The notes beneath the pieces are model-generated. The model worked only from the letters and a program-made list of their open reading frames with translations. It ran no database searches and was not told where the DNA came from. Of a stretch of 47,665 bases of DNA, positions 29,349 to 41,200 are shown one piece after another. The first letter of the stretch is position 1. Each line of letters opens with the position of its first letter. Origin of the DNA: Bacteroidales bacterium (GTDB taxonomy: Bacteria > Bacteroidota > Bacteroidia > Bacteroidales > B18-G4); NCBI GenBank assembly GCA_030618905.1, contig JAUXCL010000002.1, positions 1 through 47,665 of the forward strand, given 5' to 3'. The translations under genes and the position numbers were made by a program.

Positions 29349-30131
29349 CTATGCAGCAATAATAGCGATTACACCAATGATCAGGCAATAAATGGCAAAA
29401 TAGATCAGCTTGCCTTTCCGGACAATTTTGATCATCCATTTGCAAGCGAATAAACCTGAAATGAAAGCCGCCAGGAATCCCACAATGAGGGGCATAACAC
29501 CTACTTCAGCACTCCCTGTTATTTCTCCCGATGCAAGATCTTTAAAATTTGCCCCCAAAATAGGGATCAGCACCATCAGGAATGAGAAGCGGGCAGCAAA
29601 TTCTCTTTTAACACCCAACACCAATCCTGTTGAAATGGTAGCACCTGACCTGGAAATGCCCGGTAATACAGCAATTGCCTGAGCAATACCGATGAGTATA
29701 GAATCCAAAAATCCCACTTTACGCTGATTCGTTTTTCTAAAATATGTCAAGGCCAATAGTGCAGCTGTGACAATCAGCATAGACCCCACAAATCTTATAT
29801 TTCCGCTGAAGAAGGATTCTACTTCTTCTTTAAAAAAGAAACCCAGAAATGCAACTGGAATCATGGAAATAATAATCTTCATAATATAGGATGTCTCCTC
29901 GTTCCATTGAAAGGCAAACAAGCCTTTGAGCAAACGCCAGATGTCCTTATAAAAAACAACGATGGTACTCAGGACCGTAGCGCCATGAACCAGGACGGTA
30001 AACATCAGGCTTTTCTCAGGGTTGACGTTCAGGATGGCTTTCCCAAGCTCCAGGTGGCCACTGCTGCTCACCGGTAAAAATTCCGTCAGGCCCTGTACCA
30101 GGCCAAGTATTAATGCTTCAAGCCAATCCAT
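29349..30131 (-). CDS. uppP: Undecaprenyl-diphosphate phosphatase
   Basis: 260 aa, polytopic. It has the motifs GLTEFLPVSSSGH and PGISRSGATI. Confidence 0.93.
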   Translation of the reverse strand: MDWLEALILGLVQGLTEFLPVSSSGHLELGKAILNVNPEKSLMFTVLVHGATVLSTIVVFYKDIWRLLKGLFAFQWNEETSYIMKIIISMIPVAFLGFFFKEEVESFFSGNIRFVGSMLIVTAALLALTYFRKTNQRKVGFLDSILIGIAQAIAVLPGISRSGATISTGLVLGVKREFAARFSFLMVLIPILGANFKDLASGEITGSAEVGVMPLIVGFLAAFISGLFACKWMIKIVRKGKLIYFAIYCLIIGVIAIIAA

Positions 30132-30149
30132 TGGATCATTTAGGGGAGA

Positions 30150-30464
30150 TTAATCTTTAGGCTTTTTCATGATGGCAAAGATCTCGATCACAAATCCTGC
30201 AAGAATGAGGATCGGAGCCAGGGTCATTCTCCTGAAGCTAAAAATATCTTCACTGAAAACGTTCGGATCATCTGATCCGCCACCAATCATTAAAAGAAAG
30301 CCAAGGATAATAAAAGCCAGGCCAATCAGCAGGATCTTGTAGTTTTCCCGTCCAAAGGCAAATGCAGTTGAAGTTTCGGCTGCAGGTTTTGCCCGTTCAG
30401 CAGGCTTATGTACTTGCCTCACTGCTTTCTGTTTGCCCTTGCTTTTAATATTCTTATTGGCCAT
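30150..30464 (-). CDS. DUF3098-like small membrane protein
   Basis: 104 aa with a basic N-terminus and then two TM helices (NYKILLIGLAFIILGFLLM, LAPILILAGFVIEIFAIM). Its position between ftsX and uppP matches the conserved Bacteroidota arrangement as I recall it. Confidence 0.65.
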   Translation of the reverse strand: MANKNIKSKGKQKAVRQVHKPAERAKPAAETSTAFAFGRENYKILLIGLAFIILGFLLMIGGGSDDPNVFSEDIFSFRRMTLAPILILAGFVIEIFAIMKKPKD

Positions 30465-30528
30465 GATCTGTTGATTTAGTGATCAAAAATAGAAGATTTT
30501 TTACAAATTCCTCTTGATTTAACTTTTT

Positions 30529-31416
30529 TTAATAATAATGCAAACGGTCGGCATCCAGCTTGATATATCTTCTAACCGCGAAATACGTGGATATCCATGA
30601 CAGGGTTATACCCAGGAAAATGACAATTCCAAAAAGGGAGGCAAAAAGATCAATGTCTTGTAAATTAACGAGTTCCGGGATCTCTTTTTGGGAAATATAA
30701 AGTATTCCTCCAAGTATGATAATGGCGATAAATGAACTGTAAAGACCCTGTAATATACCCCTGGCCATGAAGGGCCTGCTGATAAAGCCCCGGGTAGCAC
30801 CAACCAGCTGCATCGTTTTGATCAGGAAGCGCTTGGAGTAAACAGACAGCCTGATGGTATTGTTGATTAAAGCGATCGCGATGAATAAAAGCAGCACACT
30901 GAACCCCAGGATGATCAATCCTATCCTCCGGATGTTCCTGTTTATTAATTGCACCAATGATTTCTGGTAAAACACCTCTTTCACGTTATTATTGGCCAGG
31001 ATCATTTCTTCAATCACTGTAATACTGTCTGCATTGGCATATTCGGCTTTCACCCTGAGGTCTATGGAGGGCAATAACGGGTTATAGCCTAAAAAACCGA
31101 CAAAGTCCTCACCCAGGTCCTTAGTCAGTTCCTCTGCCGCTTCATCTTCAGTTATATATTCTGTGGATTTTACAAACTCCGATGCATCCAGGGTTTTCTG
31201 TAACTGGATAATACCGGCTTCCTTCACATCTTCTTTCATAATTATGGATATGCTGATGTTCTCTCTCACATAATCCGATACTTTCTTGGCGTGCAATATG
31301 ATCAAGCCCAGGAGGCCCATCATAAACAACACCAATGTTATGCTAACCATGGAGGTAGCGTAGGAAGATTTTAATTTCCTGCGGTAGTATCTGTCTTCCT
31401 TTTTGCCCATTATCAA
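30529..31416 (-). CDS. ftsX: Cell division protein FtsX-like permease
   Basis: 295 aa with an N-terminal TM segment, a periplasmic domain and then three C-terminal TM segments containing MQLVGATRGFI. No ftsE is adjacent. Confidence 0.8.
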   Translation of the reverse strand: MIMGKKEDRYYRRKLKSSYATSMVSITLVLFMMGLLGLIILHAKKVSDYVRENISISIIMKEDVKEAGIIQLQKTLDASEFVKSTEYITEDEAAEELTKDLGEDFVGFLGYNPLLPSIDLRVKAEYANADSITVIEEMILANNNVKEVFYQKSLVQLINRNIRRIGLIILGFSVLLLFIAIALINNTIRLSVYSKRFLIKTMQLVGATRGFISRPFMARGILQGLYSSFIAIIILGGILYISQKEIPELVNLQDIDLFASLFGIVIFLGITLSWISTYFAVRRYIKLDADRLHYY

Positions 31417-31579
31417 ATATTAAGTACGCTAAATTAACACTTTTCTTACATATAACGGTTGGCCTTTTATGATCTCATCCAACACACCTAAGCATCTTTT
31501 TCCCTATTTTCGCAAATTGAATCTCCATGGGCCGGGACCATGACATAAAAGATAATTATACAGTTAACTATTGGGCTAG

Positions 31580-34366
31580 ATGAAGGAATATGATTTCAGC
31601 AGCGTAGAACCGAAATGGCAGAAGTACTGGAGCGAGCATAAGACGTTTAAAGCAGATAATACATCGGACAAGCCAAAGTATTATGTACTTGATATGTTTC
31701 CTTACCCCTCAGGGTCCGGATTACATGTAGGACATCCGCTGGGTTATATCGCTTCCGATATTTATTCCAGGTATATGAGGCACCGCGGCTATAATGTATT
31801 GCATCCTATGGGATTTGATGCCTATGGGTTACCTGCTGAGCAATATGCCATTCAAACAGGTACACATCCACAGGTGACTACCTATGAAAATATTGACAGG
31901 TACCGGGAGCAACTTGACAAGATTGGTTTTTCTTATGACTGGGACAGGGAAGTCCGGACCTGTGATCCCTTTTATTATAAATGGACACAGTGGACTTTCA
32001 TCCAATTATTTAATCATTGGTACAATAATAAATCCGACAAAGCGGAGCCTGTTGAATCGCTCATTGCTTTATTTGAGCAGCATGGTAATTCCGGAATTAA
32101 CGCAGCCTGTGATGAAAGCATAAGCTTTACTGCAGAAGAGTGGAAATCCTTTTCAGAGACAGAGCAACAGCAGATCCTGATGAATTATCGCCTAGCATAT
32201 TTATCCGACACCTGGGTTAACTGGTGCCCGGCACTCGGTACAGTGCTTGCCAATGATGAGGTTAAAGAAGGTTTTTCAGAGCGTGGTGGACATCCCGTGG
32301 AAAGAAAATTAATGAAGCAATGGTCTTTAAGGATCACAGCTTATGCACAACGATTATTGGATGGCCTGGACCATCTCGATTGGTTTGAATCATTGAAAGA
32401 AGTGCAAAGAAACTGGATCGGCCGTTCGGAAGGGGCATCCGTAAATTTCAGCATTAAGGACAGCGACAAAGTACTTGAAGTATTTACAACCCGCCCGGAT
32501 ACACTTTGGGGAGCTACTTTCATGGTACTGGCACCGGAACACGAATGGATAGAAGAGATCACTCCGCCTGGCAAAAAGCAGGAAGTGATGGATTACCTGG
32601 GCTGGGCCAAAAACCGTACAGAAAGAGAACGTGTAGCAGATATCCATAAAATCACCGGTGTTTTTACCGGAGCATATGGAATCAACCCGGTCAATAATGA
32701 AGAAATACCCATATGGGTTGCAGATTATGTATTGGCAGGATACGGAACAGGGGCTATTATGGCTGTTCCCGGACATGACAGCAGGGATTTCGCATTTGCC
32801 AAACATTTTAATATCCCCATAATCCAGGTGGTAAGCAGGAAAGATGATGTGCCTTCTGACCCGCAAACCTGGGAGGACTCCTATGATTCCAGGGAGGGTA
32901 TGATGATTAACTCGGGATTCATAACGGATATGGAAGTCAATGAAGCCATCCGGGCCACAATTACTGAACTTGAAAAAAAGGATCTGGGTTATGGCAAGAT
33001 CAATTTCAGGCTGAGAGATGCCATTTTCAGCCGGCAACGTTATTGGGGAGAGCCTTTCCCTGTTTACTATAAAGACGGCATGCCATACATGCTGGATGAA
33101 AGTGAACTCCCATTAGAATTGCCTGAGGTTGACAAATACCTCCCCACAGCATCCGGAGAGCCACCTCTGGCCAGGGCCAAAGACTGGAAAACCGAAGCAG
33201 GATATCCATTGGAAACCAATACCATGCCTGGATTTGCAGGATCCAGCGGCTATTATTACCGGTATATGGATCCCTGGAATGAAAAAGCTTATTTTTCCAA
33301 AGAGGCAAATTCCTATTGGCAGCAGGTTGATCTTTATATCGGAGGGGACGAACATGGCACCGGGCACCTGATCTATGCCAGGTTCTGGAGTATGTTCCTG
33401 TTTGATATTGGCCTGGCAAGCAAAGCGGAACCTTTCAGGAAACTTATCAACCAGGGGAAAATCCAGGGCAGGTCAAGCTTTGTGTACCGGGTGAAAGGAA
33501 CCAATCAGTTTGTTTCCTATAACCTGCGTAAAAATTATAAAACTACACGCTTGCATGTTGATATCAGCATGGTCCATGATGACATCCTGGATACAGAAGC
33601 TTTTACGCAATGGCAGACTGAATTTAAAAATGCAGAATTCATCCTGGAAGACAATAAATATGTCTGTGGTTGGGAGATAGAAAAAATGTCCAAATCAAAA
33701 CATAATGTAGTTAATCCGGATGAATTGATTGAGCGTTATGGAGCGGACACCCTGCGCCTCTATGAGATGTTCCTTGGTCCATTGGAATATCATAAACCCT
33801 GGGACACCAAGGGGATTGAAGGTGTATTTCGCTTCCTGAAAAAACTCTGGAGGCTCTATTATAATGAGCAGGAAAGTTTTGCTTTAATCGATGAAGCAGC
33901 CACCGAAGATGAGTTAAAAGTGTTGCACAAAACCATAAAAAAGGTCAGGCAGGATATTGAAAGGTTCTCTTTCAACACCGCTGTCAGTGCTTTTATGATC
34001 TGTGTCAATGAACTCAGCGATCTGAAATGCAGAAAAAGAAACATTTTAGAGCCTCTTGCAATATTGCTTTCTCCTTATGCACCATATATTAGCGAAGAAC
34101 TGTGGAGTCTGATGGGCCATAGCGGCAGCATCAGTGATGTTGCCTACCCTGAATGGAATGAACAATACCTGGCAGAGGATACTTTTACTTATCCGGTATC
34201 TTTCAACGGCAAGATGAGGTTTAAGCTTGAGCTCCCTGTCGATATGCCCAAAGAAGATATCGAAAAAGCTGTGTTAGCAGCTGAAGACGCCGGGAAATGG
34301 ATGGCCGGAAAAACCCCTAAAAAGATCATTATCGTTCCACAAAAAATCATAAATATTGTTATCTGA
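31580..34366 (+). CDS. leuS: Leucine--tRNA ligase
   Basis: 928 aa with the HIGH motif (HVGHPLGY), the KMSKS motif (EKMSKSKHN) and the CP1 editing-domain region ([12 protein letters not shown]). Confidence 0.96.
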   Translation: MKEYDFSSVEPKWQKYWSEHKTFKADNTSDKPKYYVLDMFPYPSGSGLHVGHPLGYIASDIYSRYMRHRGYNVLHPMGFDAYGLPAEQYAIQTGTHPQVTTYENIDRYREQLDKIGFSYDWDREVRTCDPFYYKWTQWTFIQLFNHWYNNKSDKAEPVESLIALFEQHGNSGINAACDESISFTAEEWKSFSETEQQQILMNYRLAYLSDTWVNWCPALGTVLANDEVKEGFSERGGHPVERKLMKQWSLRITAYAQRLLDGLDHLDWFESLKEVQRNWIGRSEGASVNFSIKDSDKVLEVFTTRPDTLWGATFMVLAPEHEWIEEITPPGKKQEVMDYLGWAKNRTERERVADIHKITGVFTGAYGINPVNNEEIPIWVADYVLAGYGTGAIMAVPGHDSRDFAFAKHFNIPIIQVVSRKDDVPSDPQTWEDSYDSREGMMINSGFITDMEVNEAIRATITELEKKDLGYGKINFRLRDAIFSRQRYWGEPFPVYYKDGMPYMLDESELPLELPEVDKYLPTASGEPPLARAKDWKTEAGYPLETNTMPGFAGSSGYYYRYMDPWNEKAYFSKEANSYWQQVDLYIGGDEHGTGHLIYARFWSMFLFDIGLASKAEPFRKLINQGKIQGRSSFVYRVKGTNQFVSYNLRKNYKTTRLHVDISMVHDDILDTEAFTQWQTEFKNAEFILEDNKYVCGWEIEKMSKSKHNVVNPDELIERYGADTLRLYEMFLGPLEYHKPWDTKGIEGVFRFLKKLWRLYYNEQESFALIDEAATEDELKVLHKTIKKVRQDIERFSFNTAVSAFMICVNELSDLKCRKRNILEPLAILLSPYAPYISEELWSLMGHSGSISDVAYPEWNEQYLAEDTFTYPVSFNGKMRFKLELPVDMPKEDIEKAVLAAEDAGKWMAGKTPKKIIIVPQKIINIVI

Positions 34367-34419
34367 TCAATTTTTGGCATGATATTCGAGAAACATTCTG
34401 TGAAAACAATTAATAAATT

Positions 34420-35226
34420 ATGAGACTATTTATCAAACTCATAAGCATTGTTATTCTTTCGTTCTTTTTTTCCTTCGAGAATGTTGAAGCCCAGGAGCTT
34501 CCAGTTGTACAAAACAATGCGTTCAAAAGGGGTGAAAAAGCCAAATACAGGGTTTTTTATGATGCCTGGCTGACCGCAGGGATTACTGCAGGTACGGGAA
34601 CCATCTCTGTGCACCACAGCATTAAACAATTTCATAACAGGAATACCTATCATATAGAAGTAGAAGCCAAATCTGTGGGCTTATTTAATTTCTTCTTCAA
34701 GGTGCGCGACAAATTTGAATCCTGGATAGATGAGCAGGCTATGGTGCCCTGGCAGTTTAAACGCGATATGCGGGAGGGTGATTACAGAAAACAGGAAGAT
34801 ATTCTGTTTGATCGATATGCCAATACTGCCAGCAGCTCCAATAAAACCATCGATGTACCAGGCAATGTGCAGGATATCGTTTCTGCATTTTACTACATGC
34901 GAACCCTCGATTTTTCAAATGCCGAGATCAATGATGAGTTTTTCATTGATTTTTACCTTGACGATTCTATATACAATTCTAAAATCATTTACCTGGGCAA
35001 AGAAATCGTGGAAATCAAAATGGGTAAGTTCAGGTGCTTGAAATTCAAGCCCATGGTGGCACAGGGAGAGGTTTTTGACGAGCCCTATCCGATGACACTC
35101 TGGGTAACAGATGATAAAAACCTGGTACCAGTCCTGGGCAGTTCTGCGGTAATCATAGGATCTATAAAACTCGAGTTGATTGAAATCGGGGGACTAAGAC
35201 ATCCCATGGATGCAAAAATTGACTGA
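34420..35226 (+). CDS. Secreted DUF3108-like protein
   Basis: 268 aa with a signal peptide (cleavage near VEA|QE). The beta-rich sequence has the GEKAKYRVFY...G..T pattern I associate with DUF3108. It ends 26 nt upstream of the A2M gene. Confidence 0.6.
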   Translation: MRLFIKLISIVILSFFFSFENVEAQELPVVQNNAFKRGEKAKYRVFYDAWLTAGITAGTGTISVHHSIKQFHNRNTYHIEVEAKSVGLFNFFFKVRDKFESWIDEQAMVPWQFKRDMREGDYRKQEDILFDRYANTASSSNKTIDVPGNVQDIVSAFYYMRTLDFSNAEINDEFFIDFYLDDSIYNSKIIYLGKEIVEIKMGKFRCLKFKPMVAQGEVFDEPYPMTLWVTDDKNLVPVLGSSAVIIGSIKLELIEIGGLRHPMDAKID

Positions 35227-35252
35227 TATACACAATCCGTAAATTATTCATT

Positions 35253-38200
35253 ATGAAAGCAAAATTCTTTTTCCTTGCAAGCTTATTGGGAATATTAATG
35301 CTGGGGGCTGGATTTACTTCCAACCATGGTCTTCAGCAGTCTGCAGTTGTTATTATTGATGGGGATGATTATGAAAAACTATGGGAGGAAGTGCAGGCAC
35401 TAACTGAAAAAGGTCTACCTAAATCAGCCCTGGAAATTGTCGATAATATATATGCAAAGGCGAAACAAGAAAATAATGCACCCCAATTTATCAAAGCGGT
35501 AATCTATCAGATGCGTCTTCATTCAGATATTGAAGAAAATTATTTCGTTAAGGCTATCCACAAACTCAACACTGAGCTATCCGGCGCCAATGAACCCATG
35601 AAACAGGTTCTCCACTCTGTGCTTGCTGAAATGTATATGGCTTATTATCAAGCCAACAGGTATAAACTGCTGGACAGGAGCATTACAATTGCATATGACC
35701 CGGAAGATATAGAAACCTGGGATATTAAAAAGATCATGCAGGCGGTAATCAAACATTATCTTGCATCACTTGAGCATCAGGATTTGCTTAAAGACATTAC
35801 ATTGGAGGATTTTGATCCCATCCTTGAAACAGAAAAAGGGTCCAGGCAATTCAGGCCTACCCTATACGACTTTCTTGCACACCGGGCGGCTGATTATTTC
35901 ATGCAGGATGAAAACTCATTAACCCAACCGGCAAACAGGTTTGAAATAAATAAGATTGCTTACATGGATGCTGCTCCTGATTTCGTCAACGTAGAAATTG
36001 CCACAGCAGATTCGCTTTCATTAAAGTTTTATGCCCTCGAAATCCTGCAAGGCCTTATCCGTTTCCACATTCCGGATAAAAACCCCGGGGCATTGATCGA
36101 CGTTGATGTGAAAAGGTTGCAGTTTGTGAGAAGCAATGCCATCCTGGAAGATAAGGACAGCCTTTACCTCGACGCTTTAACCTTCCTGCATGATACCTAC
36201 GGCGACTTTGAAAGCTCAACAGAGGTGAGCTATCATATCGCCAGATTTTATTATGATCGCGGTCAGCTTTACAATCCACTGGAATCAGACAAATACAAAT
36301 GGGATGTTAAAAAAGCCTATGAGCTTATTGAAGCTGCCATCAAGAAATTTCCTGATGCATTCGGTACTGCAAATTGCAAAGATTTAAAAACTACAATTTT
36401 AAAGAAGGCAATAAGCATCACCACTCATTATGCAAACATTCCATCCAGAGCATTTCCCGGCCTGCTTTCATATAAAAATGTACCGGGCACCTATTTTCGT
36501 GTTTTCCCACTGGACTACCGGGAAGACAAAGAGCTTAAGCAAAACTTCCGCCGGGAAGACCTTGTAAGACAGTACCTGAAGCATTCTCCAGTAAAAGAAT
36601 GGAAACAGGAATTGGTTGACGATGGTGATTTCCAAAACCATAAGGTTGAAATTCGTTTACCGGAACTACCATTTGGCTATTACATTATCCTGGCCAGTAG
36701 CAACAAGGATTTTTCCTTTGAAAATGGAGTGCTGGGTTATGCCGGTTTCTGGTGTAGCAACCTGAGCTATATCAGCCAGAGGCGTGATGATGGTTCGGTT
36801 GATTTTTACGTACTCGACAGGGAAAAGGGATCTGCAATGAAAGATGTGCATATACAGACTTATTATCAACAGTATGATTACAATCAGCGCAAGTATAAAA
36901 CAATTACCGGCGACCAATTTACCAGCGACGAAACAGGACTCTTCAACATTCCAACAGTCAGCGGACAGGCCAACAGGCTAATGCTTGAGTTTACTTATCA
37001 TGATGATAAGTTCGTCACACCCAATTACTTTTACCAGCAAAGGACAGGGCATAAGGAAGTACGAAAAACGGCCAAAACATTCTTTTTCACCGACAGGGCC
37101 ATTTACAGGCCAGGACAAACCGTATATTTTAAAGGTATTGTACTTGAAAAAGAAGCTGATCAATACAGCATTTTAAAAGACCATCAAACCAAGGTGGCTT
37201 TCAATGATGTCAATGGTCAGCAAATAGCGGAGTTGAACTTTTCCACCAATGAGTTTGGATCTTTCAAAGGTTCTTTTGTGGCTCCGATCGGTGTGCTTAC
37301 AGGTAGCATGAGGATCAGGAATGAATCCGGATCGATTTCCATATCCGTTGAAGAGTACAGGCGACCGAAATTTGAGGTGGTATTTGAACCTGTAAAAGGA
37401 GCTTATAAGCTTAATGAGCAGCTAAGAATAAAGGGCAAAGCATTAGCTTATTCCGGCAACTCAATCGACCATGCCAATGTGAAATACCGGGTTGTCAGAA
37501 GGGCCATGTTTCCTTTCTGGAGATATCCATGGTTAGATTTTTACCCTGTTTCTGCGGAAATGGAAATTGTGAATGGAACTACGCAAACCGATAATGATGG
37601 ATCCTTCAGCATTGATTTTACAGCCATCCCGGACAAGAGTCTCAACAGGAAATTCAAACCTGCTTTCAACTACACGATTTATGCTGATGTTACTGATATC
37701 AACGGGGAAACCCATTCCGGGCAGCAAAATGTGGCCGTTGGCTATAATGCACTGCTACTTGATATAAATATCCCGGAAACCTTGAACATTGATGAAGCCG
37801 GTGAATTTCTTATCAGGAGCAGCAATCTTAATGGTGTTTTTGAGCCCACAGATGTTTCAGTAACTATCAGCAGCTTACAGCAACCCGAAAGACTGATCAG
37901 GGAAAGAGAGTGGACCCGCCCGGATGTTTTCTTATTAAGTGAAGAAGAGTTTATCAGGGAATTTCCAAATGATGCCTATGGCAATGAAGATGATCAAACG
38001 AAATGGAAAAGAGCAGAAGTCATTCTTGAGCAATCCTTTCATACTTCGAAGGACAGCATTCTTGATTTCAATGATATTACAGACCTGAAGCAGGGAGACT
38101 ACGTCATCAGCCTGAGGGCCAAAGACAAGTTTGGACAAGAAGTTGAACTGGAAAAGTATTTCACGGCTTTTTCCACGGCCAGTAAATCTGTACCTGTGCA

Positions 38201-41200
38201 TGCTTTTAATTGGTTTAGTATGCTTAAGAGTGATGCAGAACCAGGTGAAGAAGTGGAATTTTTAATCGGAACAAAGGAAAAGCATGTTCACATTATTTAT
38301 GAAGTCACGAAAGGCAAGGAATTGCTGAACCGGTTTCATTTTACACTCAGTAATGAACAGAAGCTTTTCAAACTTCCTGTTCTTGAAGCATATCGTGGCA
38401 ATATTGGGATCAGCCTGACTTTCATTTCCAAAAACCGCAGCTATCAAAACAAAGCCATCATCAGGGTACCCCATAGTGATAAGGAGCTGGATATCTCTTT
38501 CGCCAGTTTCCGTAATAAGTTAGTTCCGGGGCAGGAAGAAGAATGGCAAATCAAGATCACTGATAAAAAGGGTGAGCTGGCTGCTGCTGAGCTGATGGCC
38601 GGCATGTACGATGCCTCACTTGATGCATTCAAGGCTAATCGTTGGGCATTCAGCCTTTACAGAAGCCTTAACCAGTTCAGCACCTGGAATATCAACGATG
38701 CTTTTCTGACCAGTACCAGCCATATGCATGTATTCCCTGTAGTGCACAGTACCGGACCCAGGTTTCATACTTACGACCGTCTGAATTGGTTCGGGCTCAG
38801 GATGTACCATTATCCTCAGATCATGCACAAATCCGGGGGTCAGCGTCTGGATGTAATGCAAACGATGACCAGCCAGCCGGGAGAACCTACTATGGACGGC
38901 GGCGGAAACCAGGAAAAAGAGGAAATACCAGATGAGGAAATCGCAATTCCGGCTACAGCACAAGCAGCATCACAATTTTCAGGAATCCAGATCAGAAGGG
39001 ATTTCCGTGAAACCGCGTTTTTCTATCCTGATTTAAGAACAGATTCCGAAGGCAATGTCATCATCAGGTTTACGGTACCTGAAACAATGACCAGATGGAG
39101 GATGATGGGATTGGCCTACACAACGGATCTTAAGGTGGGGCAAATTGAAAAGGAACTCATCACCCAGAAACAGTTGATGGTTGTCCCTAATCCTCCCAGG
39201 TTCTTCAGGCAGGGAGACAAAATGGCTTTTTCTTCAAAAATTGTCAACCTCTCAGACAAGACACTGATAGGTGAGGTGGACCTGGAATTTTTTGATGCAA
39301 TCACTATGCAAGCTGTACATATCCTTGATACAGATAAACCGGTGAAGCAATCATTTGAAGTCAGCAAAGGAATGAGCAAGGCCGTTGAATGGGCCATCAG
39401 CATACCTGATCATCTGTATGCACTTACCTACAGGATTGTGGCCAGGGCAGGGCAATACAGTGATGGAGAGGAAATGGCTATTCCAGTATTGACGAACCGT
39501 ATGCTGGTGACTGAATCTCTTCCATTACCTATTAGCGGAAAAGGAAGCAAAGAATTTAAATTTGACAAGCTGATCAATTATAAATCCAGTACGGCCAGGA
39601 ATTTCAAGCTTACACTGGAGTTTACTTCTAACCCGGCATGGTATGCGGTACAAGCATTGCCTTACCTGATGGACTATCCTTATGAATCTTCAGATCAGAT
39701 CTTCAGCAGGTATTATGCCAACAGCATCGCTTCGCACATTGCCAATTCGAACCCCAGGATAAAACGTGTATTCGAAAGCTGGAAACATCTGACACCTGAT
39801 GCTTTGCTGTCTAACCTGGAGAAAAATCAGGAGCTTAAGTCTGTAATCCTGCAAGAAACCCCATGGGTTTTACAGGCTCAAAGTGAATCGGAGCGCAAGC
39901 AACGGATCGGTTTGTTGTTCGACCTGAATCACATGGCCAACAGCCTGGCAGGAGCACTTGCCAAATTAAAAAGCAAACAGTTGCCAAACGGTGGCTGGCC
40001 GTGGTTTGAGGGCATGCACGACAGCCGTTATATCACGCAGCATATTGTTACAGGTTTCGGGCATCTTGATCATCTCGGGGTCAGCAGCATCAGGGATGAT
40101 CGCGGTACATGGAATATGATCACCAGGGCCATTTTATATCTTGATGACAGGATCAGGGAGGACTTTGAAAAGATTAAAGAAAAGTATCCTGAGACACTGG
40201 ATGAGCAGCATATCGGTCAATTACAAATCCAGTACTTATATGCCAGGACTTATTTTCTGGAAGATATAGTCATTAATAAGCGTAATGAGGAAGCCTTTAT
40301 TTATTTCCGTGAGCAGGCCAAACTATATTGGTTAAAGCAGAGCAAATACATGCAGGGAATGATTGCCCTGGCGTTAAACCGCATTGGTGAAAAGTCCATT
40401 CCTCCGGTCATCATTGCCTCCTTGAAGGAGCATGCCTTGTATGATAATGAGATGGGCATGTACTGGAAATCACCCCGGGGTTATTTCTGGTACCAGGCGC
40501 CCATTGAAAGGCAAGCCTTATTGATCGAAGCTTTCGACGAAGTAGCCCATGATATGAAATCCGTTGATAAGATGAAAATGTGGTTGCTCAAACAAAAGCA
40601 GACCCACGACTGGAAGACTTCAAAAGCAACAACAGAAGCTTGTTATGCACTGCTGTTGAGAGGATCCGATCTGCTCGCCAGTGATGAACTGGTTGACATC
40701 ACCATAGGCAAAGAAAAAATTGATCCGAAAGCATTGGAAGGTGTTCAGGTTGAAGCAGGAACCGGTTATTTCCAGACCTCGTGGAATGGAAAGGAAATCA
40801 AGTCCAATATGGGTAATATCCAGCTTACCAAAAATGATGAAGGCATTGCCTGGGGCGCTGTTTACTGGCAATATTTCGAGGACCTTGACAAGATCACACC
40901 ACACGAAACCCCTTTGAGTATTAAGAAGGAGTTGTTTGTTGAGAAAAACACAGCAAGCGGACCGGTGATTGAAGCCATCCCGGATGGGGGAAGCATTCAA
41001 CTCGGCGACAAGGTGATTGTCCGCGTTGAGTTGCGTGTAGACCGGGATATGGAATATGTGCATATGAAAGATATGCGGGCAGCGGCATTAGAACCGGTGA
41101 ATGTTTTATCAGGTTATCGTTACCAGGGTGGGCTTGGATATTATGAAAGCACCGGTGATGCTGCTACGAATTTCTTTTTCGGTTACCTGAGGAAAGGGAC

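Noticed and set aside
30529-31416. ftsX without ftsE, considered as a sign of gene loss.
   Set aside because: Unlinked ftsE and ftsX genes are common in this phylum. The ftsX-DUF3098-uppP-truB order looks like the conserved arrangement.
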